32,000 bases of DNA, taken from positions 1-32,000 of the forward strand of contig DATIKY010000217.1 of assembly GCA_035476995.1 (NCBI GenBank), read 5' to 3'. Shown in pieces: positions 23,566 through 32,000 of the stretch. The position numbers were made by a program, and so were the translations under genes. Numbering within the stretch: position 1 is the first letter of the stretch; each line of letters opens with the position of its first letter. The notes beneath the pieces were generated by a model that was given only the letters and a program-made list of their open reading frames with translations, was not told the origin of the DNA and ran no database searches. The stretch is from Sedimentisphaerales bacterium. GTDB lineage: Bacteria; Planctomycetota; Phycisphaerae; Sedimentisphaerales; Anaerobacaceae.

Positions 23566-24249
23566 ATGCGAAAGAATCTGGTGCTGCTTTCGTCGATTTG
23601 CCTGGTCCTCGCGGCCGTGGCGAACGGCTCGGTCAAGAAAGGCGACGTGGAGATCGACTTCTCCGGAGGCTGGCTGATGGCCACGACGGAGGCCGGGGAC
23701 CTTACGGGAACGGCTCCCGCGATCAGCTTCGACGACGTGCTCTCCGGCGCAACCGGAGCGGATCTCGATGGCTGGATGGCCATGATCGGCCTGTCCCGCT
23801 TCGCGACCAACAATTTGCAGCTCGGCATCGCCGGTTTCTACACGCAGATGCAGGGCGACACGGAGACTTTCCCCCTGCCGGACTTCCCCGAGGTGACGGC
23901 CGAATTCGATCTCGACGTGACCGCCTTCGGAGTCGGAGGTCGGGCCAAATGGCATTTCAATCCGACCGCCCAGTGGGTATGGTACGCCGGGACCCAGGCG
24001 TTCTGGATCAGCGCGGACGTCGACGTGGATGGCACCATTGTCGGGTTTGAGGAAATCGCCCCGCCGGGAAGCAACAGCGACAGTCTCACCGGCATCCTCT
24101 GGGGACCCGTCGCGGGCGTACGCGTCGAACTGGGCGTAAACAACGAACTCTTTCTGGAGTATCAGTACCACCTCTTCTTCGGCGACATCAGCGACGTGAT
24201 CGAGAGCGGACACGGCTTCTTCGTCGGGCTTAGCCACCGCATGAAATAG
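23566..24249 (+). CDS. Small outer-membrane beta-barrel protein, paralogue 2
   Basis: Signal peptide MRKNLVLLSSICLVLAAVANG. It shares SV(K/Q)(K/Q)GD.E.DF.GG, ...WGP.AG.R.EL..NN..F.EYQYHL..GD... and G.FVGL.H..K with paralogue 1, but has longer loops. Confidence 0.65.
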   Translation: MRKNLVLLSSICLVLAAVANGSVKKGDVEIDFSGGWLMATTEAGDLTGTAPAISFDDVLSGATGADLDGWMAMIGLSRFATNNLQLGIAGFYTQMQGDTETFPLPDFPEVTAEFDLDVTAFGVGGRAKWHFNPTAQWVWYAGTQAFWISADVDVDGTIVGFEEIAPPGSNSDSLTGILWGPVAGVRVELGVNNELFLEYQYHLFFGDISDVIESGHGFFVGLSHRMK

Positions 24250-24276
24250 GGCCGGTTGGACCGACCCCACAGTTGC

Positions 24277-24305
24277 TTGACAGCCCGTGGAATCCGCTGT
24301 ACAGT
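24277..24305 (+). promoter_or_regulatory. Candidate sigma-70 promoter of the third beta-barrel gene
   Basis: Consensus TTGACA-N17-TACAGT, about 100 nt upstream of the ATG at 24406. Confidence 0.45.
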
Positions 24306-24405
24306 GAAAGCAGTGGAAGACCACAGGAAAGAACGCCGGGGCCAAGACCCGATCCTGTGCATCAGGGTTCAACCGCACATGGTTGCATGAGAAAGGAGTG
24401 GGACA

Positions 24406-25275
24406 ATGCAGAGGACAAGATCAATGCGGATCGCGGCGTTTCTGACGCTGGGTGTCTGTGTCTCGGTGGCCGCCGGCGGCGCCCCGATGGGTCCTCCGAT
24501 CGCAGTCCTGGACGAGGGACAGTGGTCCGTGGGCGGCGAGTTCGCTCACGAACAAATGGATCTGGAGGCTTTCGGGATCTCCGTGGAAACCATCGACGGG
24601 GATTTCAGCACGTTCTACGCGCAGCCGTTCACGCTTGAGGACCTCGCGGTGAACATGGGCTTCGTAACTCTCGGTTACGGCGTCTGCGACAACTGGGACC
24701 TCTTCCTGCGGGCCGGCGCCGCGGACGCGAAGGACGACCTGATCCTTCACCCCGCCACGGCGGACAACGCCGAGGACAAGTTCGGCTTCGACGGCGATTT
24801 CGGTTTCGCCTGGGGCGCGGGCACGCGGGCGACCTTCTGTCGGACCGGCCCCTGGAACTTCGGCGGCCTCATTCAGGTCACTTGGTTCGATCCTGGTTCC
24901 AGCGATTTTCAACTGGGCGAGATCGCGGATCCCCTGGGCTATGTAACCGGCGACGCGGACATCAAGTACTGGCAGACCCAGGTCGCCCTGACGGTCGCCT
25001 ATGAAGCCGATACCTGGAGAGTCTGGGGCGGCCCCTTCCTGCAGTTCATCGAAGGCGATCTGGAACTCGATGGACAGTATATCTTCGATGGGGACGTCGT
25101 CGGCACCGTCGCCAACAATGCGGACGTCGAGGAGTTGTCTCAGTTCGGCGCGCACGTCGGAATCAGCACTCAGTTGGCCGACCAGTGGAACCTGTGGGTC
25201 GAGGGCCAGATCACCGGCGACTCCTGGCTCATCGGCATCGGCGCTGCGTTCACCCCGGAGAGCCTCGGACTGTAA
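24406..25275 (+). CDS. Putative outer-membrane beta-barrel protein, more distant member
   Basis: Signal peptide ...MRIAAFLTLGVCVSVAAG, Asp/Gly-rich loops alternating with amphipathic strands, and SD AAAGGAG. Similarity to the other two is weak. Confidence 0.5.
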   Translation: MQRTRSMRIAAFLTLGVCVSVAAGGAPMGPPIAVLDEGQWSVGGEFAHEQMDLEAFGISVETIDGDFSTFYAQPFTLEDLAVNMGFVTLGYGVCDNWDLFLRAGAADAKDDLILHPATADNAEDKFGFDGDFGFAWGAGTRATFCRTGPWNFGGLIQVTWFDPGSSDFQLGEIADPLGYVTGDADIKYWQTQVALTVAYEADTWRVWGGPFLQFIEGDLELDGQYIFDGDVVGTVANNADVEELSQFGAHVGISTQLADQWNLWVEGQITGDSWLIGIGAAFTPESLGL

Positions 25276-25308
25276 GCGGCCGGGATCGTCGGGCAGTTGA
25301 AACCTCAG

Positions 25309-25344
25309 GGAGGCAAGTGCGATACCTTGCCTCCTTTTTCTTTT
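25309..25344 (+). terminator. Intrinsic terminator
   Basis: GGAGGCAAG (25309-25317) / CTTGCCTCC (25326-25334), followed by TTTTTCTTTT. Confidence 0.75.
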
Positions 25345-25386
25345 GGATCGGATCGGGGAAACCGCAGGAAAGACCGGCCGGGTCCG

Positions 25387-26397
25387 TCACAACGTCCGAT
25401 CGGCCATGAATCGGGCCGTCCGGGCCAGAGCGTCGCGAGCCCCGCTGGCAGGCAGTTCCGCCAGGGCCTCGATCGCCTGGGCCACATAATGTCCGGCCCG
25501 TTCGTGAGCATACTGCAGACTGCCCCTGCGGCGCAGCATCTGGGCCAGTTCCCGCCGCGACTCGCCTCCCGAGTCCAGCATGTCCCGGACGCGGGACCGT
25601 TCCGTCTCCTCCAGGGTGTCGAGCAGATGAATCACCGCCAGCGTGAGCTTGTCCTTGGCGGCGTCTCTGCGTCCGGTCTTTCCCGTGTGGGCTTCGTCGC
25701 CGGTGATGTCGAGAAGGTCGTCGGCGATCTGGAACGCGATGCCGGCATACAGGCCGAAACGGGCCACCGCCTCGATGTGCCGCTCCTGGGCGTGCGAGAG
25801 CATCGCCCCCAGACGACAACAACCGCTGAAGAACGATGCGCTCTTCTCGGTGATAATTTCGATGTACTGGGCTTCGCCCAGCCGCCAGTTGCGACGCTGG
25901 ACGACCTGCCGCAATTCCCCTTCACAGACTCGGACCGCGGTCTGCGCGACGACTTTCGCAACCGACCCGTCGAGATCGGCCGCCATGCCAAAGACGCGAC
26001 TGAGCACGAAATCGCCCAGCAGCACCGCGGACTCATTGCCCCAGAGACGGTTGACCGTGGGAGATCCTCGACGCAGATGGCCGTCGTCGATCACGTCGTC
26101 GTGCAGGAGCGTGGCGTGGTGGATCATCTCGACCATGGCCGCGACGCGGAGGTGATCCGCGGCCAGCGGCCCCACGCACTCCCCGGTGAGCAGAACCAGC
26201 CCCGGACGGAGCAGCTTGCCGGTAGAGGCGCTGATATGGTCAAAGAGGGGCGAGATCTCCCCCGCCACGTCGCGCGCCGCCAGTGCCTGGCGGATCAGAT
26301 CGCTCACCTGCTCAAGCTGCGAATCGATCCTCGCGAACGAAGGGATCTCCCGCCACAGGGCCTTGTCCGAACTGCTCATGATGATCGGTGATTCCAT
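25387..26397 (-). CDS. Long-chain polyprenyl diphosphate synthase (IspB-like)
   Basis: First Asp-rich motif LLHDDVIDDGHLRRG and second IADDLLD. I chose the start at 26397 (or 26379), downstream of the ilvE-like stop. Confidence 0.8.
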   Translation of the reverse strand: MESPIIMSSSDKALWREIPSFARIDSQLEQVSDLIRQALAARDVAGEISPLFDHISASTGKLLRPGLVLLTGECVGPLAADHLRVAAMVEMIHHATLLHDDVIDDGHLRRGSPTVNRLWGNESAVLLGDFVLSRVFGMAADLDGSVAKVVAQTAVRVCEGELRQVVQRRNWRLGEAQYIEIITEKSASFFSGCCRLGAMLSHAQERHIEAVARFGLYAGIAFQIADDLLDITGDEAHTGKTGRRDAAKDKLTLAVIHLLDTLEETERSRVRDMLDSGGESRRELAQMLRRRGSLQYAHERAGHYVAQAIEALAELPASGARDALARTARFMADRTL

Positions 26398-26440
26398 AGA
26401 TCGCGACGGGCGGACACAGGGTGCGGCCGGACGCCATTCG

Positions 26441-27307
26441 CTACTGCCCCTTCCCATGGGCGTACGCGTAGAACTTCTCGCGCAGCATGCGTGTGACAGG
26501 TCCGGGCCTGCCGTCGCCGATGATGCGTCCGTCGATGTCCACAACGCCGATGACCTCCGCGGCGGTTCCCGTCAGGAACATCTCGTCGCAGACGTACAGA
26601 TCGAACCGCGTCAGGTCCTTCTCGACGACTTCCAATCCCTCCCGGCGGGCCAGCCGCATGACCACGGCGCGCGTGATGCCCTCCAGGCTACCGGCCTGGA
26701 CCGGAGGCGAACAGACGACGTGGTTCCGCACGACGAAGACGTTGTCCCCGGTCGCCTCGGCGACATACCCTTCGTGATTGTACATGATCGCCTCGGGCAC
26801 GTTGGAGTCCAGCGCCTCGATCTTCGCCAGGATGTTGTTCAGATAGTTGAGGCTCTTGACCTGCGGAGGAATGGCCAGCGGATGGTTGCGAATCGTCGTG
26901 GCGCTGATCACCTTCATGCCCTTCTCGTACAGTTCTTCCGGATAGAGCTGGATCGTGCTGGCGATGATGACCAGACCACTGCCCTGGCACGTGAAAGGGT
27001 TCAGGCCCAGGCACCCTATGCCGCGGGTGACAATGAGCCGGATGTAACCATCGACGATCCCGTTGGCCTGGACGGTCGCCTCGATGGCGGCCGCCAGATC
27101 TTGGGGGTTCATGGGCATCACAAGACGGATGGCCCGGGCGGACTCGTAGAGCCGTTTGATATGCGCATCGAGCTCGAACACTTTGCCGCTGTAGACGCGA
27201 ATGCCCTCGAAGACGCCGTCCCCGTAGAGCAGACCGTGATCGAAGACCGAGATTCTCGCGTCGGCTTCATCCACCAAGCCCGTGTTGAGCCAAATCTTCA
27301 AACCCAT
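26441..27307 (-). CDS. ilvE: Class-IV aminotransferase (branched-chain amino acid aminotransferase)
   Basis: ISVFDHGLLYGDGVFEGIRVY..., ...VKSLNYLNNILA..., ...GITR..., 288 aa. I cannot exclude D-amino-acid aminotransferase. Confidence 0.75.
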   Translation of the reverse strand: MGLKIWLNTGLVDEADARISVFDHGLLYGDGVFEGIRVYSGKVFELDAHIKRLYESARAIRLVMPMNPQDLAAAIEATVQANGIVDGYIRLIVTRGIGCLGLNPFTCQGSGLVIIASTIQLYPEELYEKGMKVISATTIRNHPLAIPPQVKSLNYLNNILAKIEALDSNVPEAIMYNHEGYVAEATGDNVFVVRNHVVCSPPVQAGSLEGITRAVVMRLARREGLEVVEKDLTRFDLYVCDEMFLTGTAAEVIGVVDIDGRIIGDGRPGPVTRMLREKFYAYAHGKGQ

Positions 27308-27328
27308 CGTCGCACCTCATGCCTCCAA

Positions 27329-28024
27329 CTACCTGGCCCGACCATCCACCAGCGTCACGATCCGCTGGGCCTTGCGGGCGATCCGATCGTCGTGGGTGAC
27401 CATGACGATCGTCTGCCCGGCCTTGTTCAGCGTGTCGAGAACATTCAGGATACCATTTCCTGTCGCGGAGTCAAGATTTCCCGTCGGCTCATCCGCCAGA
27501 AGGAGCTGGGGCTGGTTCATCAGGGCCCTGCCGATGGCGACCCGCTGCCGCTCGCCGCCGGACAACTGATAGGGCTTGTGCCCCACGCGCTCCTGCAGGC
27601 CCATCTGCTCCAGCAGGCTCTCGGCCCGCTGGCGGATCGCGCGGCGGCTCGCCAGCCAGCCCAGGACGCTGCGGGAGATCATGGCCGGCAGCATGACGTT
27701 CTCCAAGACCGTCAACTCGTCCAACAGGTGATAGAACTGAAACACGAAGCCCACCTTCTCGTTGCGGAACCGGTTCAACTCGCGCGCCCCGACGCGGTTC
27801 AGATCGCGTCCATTGAAGTGGATCACGCCCTTATCGGGCCTGTCCAGGCCGCCCAGCACGTGAAGAAACGTGCTTTTGCCGCTGCCGGAGGCCCCGACGA
27901 TGGCGATAAACTCGCCCTCGTTCACGGCCAGCTCGGCCCCCTTGAGGACATTGACCCGGGTCGCCCCCATGCGGTACGACTTGTGGACGTTCTCGGCTTT
28001 CAAGATGACAGACAACTGACTCAT
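27329..28024 (-). CDS. ABC transporter ATP-binding protein (LolD/MacB/FtsE-like)
   Basis: Walker A GASGSGKST, signature LSGGERQRVAIGRAL, Walker B LLLADEPT. Confidence 0.9.
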   Translation of the reverse strand: MSQLSVILKAENVHKSYRMGATRVNVLKGAELAVNEGEFIAIVGASGSGKSTFLHVLGGLDRPDKGVIHFNGRDLNRVGARELNRFRNEKVGFVFQFYHLLDELTVLENVMLPAMISRSVLGWLASRRAIRQRAESLLEQMGLQERVGHKPYQLSGGERQRVAIGRALMNQPQLLLADEPTGNLDSATGNGILNVLDTLNKAGQTIVMVTHDDRIARKAQRIVTLVDGRAR

Positions 28025-28113
28025 GGATCCTCGGATGGCAGATGGCCATCATCAGGTCGAACAACTCTTTTCGAAAGTCCCGTTCTTATCGCATCGTCAA
28101 CCCGGCGTCAAGG

Positions 28114-29466
28114 TCACGTGCGTACGGCGTGCAACGTCTCGACCGGCTGCAACCGAGCCGCCTGGTAACTCGGGACCAGGGCCCCGACCAGACAGGCCAG
28201 GATCGCGCAGGCCATGATGATCATCATGACCTCGGGCTCCACCCGGTTGGGAATGTCTTCGATCGCGTAGATCGTGCGGTCCCACAACTGGAACCCAAAC
28301 CGGGCATACAACCACTGCTCAATCCGATTGATCTGGGCCAGAAACAACCATCCGCCCAGCGTTCCCATGGACGAGCCGATCAGCCCCACGCTGAACGCGA
28401 AGCCGGAGAACAGCGTCAGCACGCCGACGTTCGACGCCCCCACGCTCTTGAGGATGCCGATGTCCTTCCTCTTGTTCGTGATGATCATGTGGAACACGAC
28501 GAAGACGATGAACACGGTGGTGATCCCGACCAGGCCGAACATCAAGCTCAGCAGGACCTGCTCCTTCTCCATCGGCGCGATCACCGCCCGGCGGTACCGC
28601 ATCCAGTCCTGGACGGACACGCCGTCCAGCAGGCCGCTGTTGGGCGCCCCGACCATCTCCTGTTTGAACCGGCTCCACAGTTCCGCCACCCGGCGGGTCC
28701 CTTCCTCGACGCTCACGTCGGGCGAGAAGCGGACGTGAACGGCGCTGACCCGCTTCTCCTGGCCGCTCATGCACAGGTCCTGCGCCTTTTCCAGCGGGAT
28801 GTAGACGAGGGAACCGTCGACCCGTGCGATCCCCGTGTGGGAGTAATCGCTGTACTGGAAGCTCTCCGTCCGCGCGGGATTGCTGCCGACCCCGGCCAGC
28901 GCCCCTCGGGCGGTGAGCGGAAACCCCGTCAGCGTCAGCGACAGTCGCGGGGGACGGGCCCCATAGCTGTACTGGCCCTGGGCGTTCCGCAACAGGATCA
29001 CGTCGACGCCCCACACACAGCCGGCGGCGTTGGGCTCGTGGATCGGCACGAAGGCCTTCTCGGGCTCGGCGGCGCGGAAGTGCAGGGTCTGCGCGAAACT
29101 CGTGGTCTGACTGTGCAGGACGGGATCGAGTCCCAGGATCTCGACGCCCTTCTTGATGTCGTAGTTCGTCAGGCTCAACAACGCGAAATTCTTGACCACC
29201 GGCGAAACGCCTGCGACGAATCCGCTCTCTTTGAGTTGAGCCATGAACTGCTCGTAATACGGGAACCCCACCAGCGACTCGGTCCCGACGACGCAGTCGC
29301 CGACGAATTCATGGTTCTTCTGCTTGAACTGGCCGACCAAACCCGACATCACGGTCATCACCACCACGACGATGAAAACGCACAACGCGACCGCCAGGGT
29401 CGCGAAGTACGTGATGCGCCGCTTGAGCAGATACCGGATGATCAGGGTCAGCTTGTACACGACCAT
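28114..29466 (-). CDS. ABC transporter permease, FtsX/LolC-LolE-like
   Basis: 450 aa with an N-terminal TM helix, a large periplasmic domain and a C-terminal three-TM FtsX-type region (...ILKSVGASN...). Confidence 0.85.
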   Translation of the reverse strand: MVVYKLTLIIRYLLKRRITYFATLAVALCVFIVVVVMTVMSGLVGQFKQKNHEFVGDCVVGTESLVGFPYYEQFMAQLKESGFVAGVSPVVKNFALLSLTNYDIKKGVEILGLDPVLHSQTTSFAQTLHFRAAEPEKAFVPIHEPNAAGCVWGVDVILLRNAQGQYSYGARPPRLSLTLTGFPLTARGALAGVGSNPARTESFQYSDYSHTGIARVDGSLVYIPLEKAQDLCMSGQEKRVSAVHVRFSPDVSVEEGTRRVAELWSRFKQEMVGAPNSGLLDGVSVQDWMRYRRAVIAPMEKEQVLLSLMFGLVGITTVFIVFVVFHMIITNKRKDIGILKSVGASNVGVLTLFSGFAFSVGLIGSSMGTLGGWLFLAQINRIEQWLYARFGFQLWDRTIYAIEDIPNRVEPEVMMIIMACAILACLVGALVPSYQAARLQPVETLHAVRT

Positions 29467-29508
29467 TCCTTCAGTGGAAGTCGGAAAAACAGAAGATGAG
29501 ACCTTCGG

Positions 29509-30861
29509 TCACTCATACCGCAGCACCTCGACCGGCCGGGTTCGCGCGGCCACGAACGCCGGGATCAGGGCCCCCAGTGCCGCCGCCAGGACGGCCAAAC
29601 CCACAATCGGCAGGGAGGACGACCAATCCACTTCGTTGGGGATCCGGCTGAACATGTAGATGCTGCTCTTCCAGAGCTTCAGGCCGAAAACGACGCGAAT
29701 CCAGTTCTCCAGCTCGTTGATGTTCCGTGTGATGACGTATCCGAGGATCGTGCCGACGCCGGAGCCCGCGATGCCCACTGAGACGCCGAAGCCCAGGAAC
29801 AACCCGACGACGGAGGAACTGGCCGCTCCACAGCTTTTGATGACCGCGACGTCCCGCTGCTTGAGCTTGACCATCATGTAGAAGATGCAGAAGACCAGCA
29901 CAACCACGCTGAAACTGACGACGCCGAAGATCACCAGAAGCACCCCCATCTGCTTCTTGATCTCGGCGACGTAGGGCCCCTGCAACTGCATCGCGGTGTA
30001 GATGTCCGTTTCAACAATGTTGAAGACGCTCCAGCCCAACTCCCGCTCGGCGAAATCGCCCCAGATCTCGCGGACGTCATTCACCGCCTTGTAGGGATCG
30101 ACGCCGGGCTTGAGACGGATGCTGATCCGCGTCGCCAGATCGTCCGGCTGGCCCGGATACAATTCCTTTTGCAGCGCCTCGATGGGGAGATAGATAAAGC
30201 CGCTGTCCAGTTCGTGCACGCCCGCGAAAACCAAGTCAACCACCCGGAACGGAATAACCCTTCTCCTGGGGACCTGGGCCTGATTGGGGTCCCCGCCGGC
30301 GTCTGCGGCGCCGGTGGTCACGGTGATCCGCCGGCCGACGAACTCCTTGAGGATCGCTTCCTTGTCGTATTCGTCCGTCTCTTCGTCCGGCTGGGCCACC
30401 ACGCCGATCCCGACGAATCCGCCGATCTCTGCCGGCGCGTCGGGCGCCGCAAAGGAAGGCTCTCCCTCGGTCCGACCCTGAAGGAGCAAGGCGCTCTTGA
30501 GCCCGGTCACCCGTGCCCTGCTTTGGGGCTGGATACCCCAGACGCTGACCGGACGCACGTTGCCCTGGCCCAGGTGCAGAAGTCCCTCGGAAGACAGACT
30601 CGGCGAAGCGGCTTCAATGATGTCCATCCGCTCCAGCCGATCGATGAACGCGGGGTATTTCGCAATCACGAGGCCCTGCGGCGCCGCGAGGGTCACGTCG
30701 CCGATCATCTCGACCGCGCTGCGCTCGAACATGGCGATGAAGCCGGAGAACAGACTGGCCACGACGATCAGCAGAGAGACCGACATCGCCACGGCTGCGA
30801 TGCTCAGAAGAATGATCCGCCGACTACGAAGATACTTGAGCCAAAGGAATAGCTTCAACAT
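29509..30861 (-). CDS. ABC transporter permease, FtsX/LolC-LolE-like (second copy)
   Basis: Same architecture as the adjacent permease (...VIKSCGAS...), 450 aa. Confidence 0.85.
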   Translation of the reverse strand: MLKLFLWLKYLRSRRIILLSIAAVAMSVSLLIVVASLFSGFIAMFERSAVEMIGDVTLAAPQGLVIAKYPAFIDRLERMDIIEAASPSLSSEGLLHLGQGNVRPVSVWGIQPQSRARVTGLKSALLLQGRTEGEPSFAAPDAPAEIGGFVGIGVVAQPDEETDEYDKEAILKEFVGRRITVTTGAADAGGDPNQAQVPRRRVIPFRVVDLVFAGVHELDSGFIYLPIEALQKELYPGQPDDLATRISIRLKPGVDPYKAVNDVREIWGDFAERELGWSVFNIVETDIYTAMQLQGPYVAEIKKQMGVLLVIFGVVSFSVVVLVFCIFYMMVKLKQRDVAVIKSCGAASSSVVGLFLGFGVSVGIAGSGVGTILGYVITRNINELENWIRVVFGLKLWKSSIYMFSRIPNEVDWSSSLPIVGLAVLAAALGALIPAFVAARTRPVEVLRYE

Positions 30862-30911
30862 CCGCTTTCACAATCGCCTCGGGAACCGCCAGGCACAGGC
30901 GACAATCGGCC

Positions 30912-32000
<1,089 letters not shown>

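Noticed and set aside
23229-23828. 199-aa minus-strand ORF spanning the OMP1-OMP2 gap
   Set aside because: It runs through the bidirectional terminator and is antisense to the OMP2 signal peptide, so it has no support.
26186-29499. 660-aa and 485-aa plus-strand ORFs opposite ilvE, the ABC ATPase and a permease
   Set aside because: Shadow ORFs of high-GC coding DNA.

Overview
GC-rich bacterial chromosomal segment (roughly 60-65% GC by eye). The gene content (many ECF-type regulators, LamG/discoidin secreted proteins, ThuA, LolCDE-like ABC) suggests the PVC/Planctomycetota group, but that is a guess. I found no rRNA, tRNA or CRISPR. The right two thirds are ordinary housekeeping genes: a four-subunit 2-oxoacid:ferredoxin oxidoreductase operon in D-A-B-G order, clpX, an L,D-transpeptidase, 5-formyl-THF cyclo-ligase, rarA, a polyprenyl synthase, ilvE-like, a LolD/LolC/LolE-like ABC transporter and lysS (partial, running off the window end). 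The left third is accessory. (i) An integrase remnant sits next to a lower-GC islet carrying an orphan proteasome-type Ntn hydrolase. (ii) A roughly 6.7 kb minus-strand operon encodes an ECF sigma factor, then a zinc-type anti-sigma factor whose extracytoplasmic part is a DUF4140/DUF4139-like module, then three secreted paralogues of that same module. The operon is punctuated by REP-like hairpin doublets, one of which is translated in-frame inside the anti-sigma linker. I consider (ii) the best candidate for an undescribed system. Other oddities are an MNT/HEPN pair wedged inside the oxidoreductase operon, a 9-bp-periodic inverted repeat array, three paralogous small outer-membrane beta-barrel genes, an orphan terminator-like hairpin and a long palindrome. 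All family assignments come from reading motifs in the supplied translations. No searches were run.
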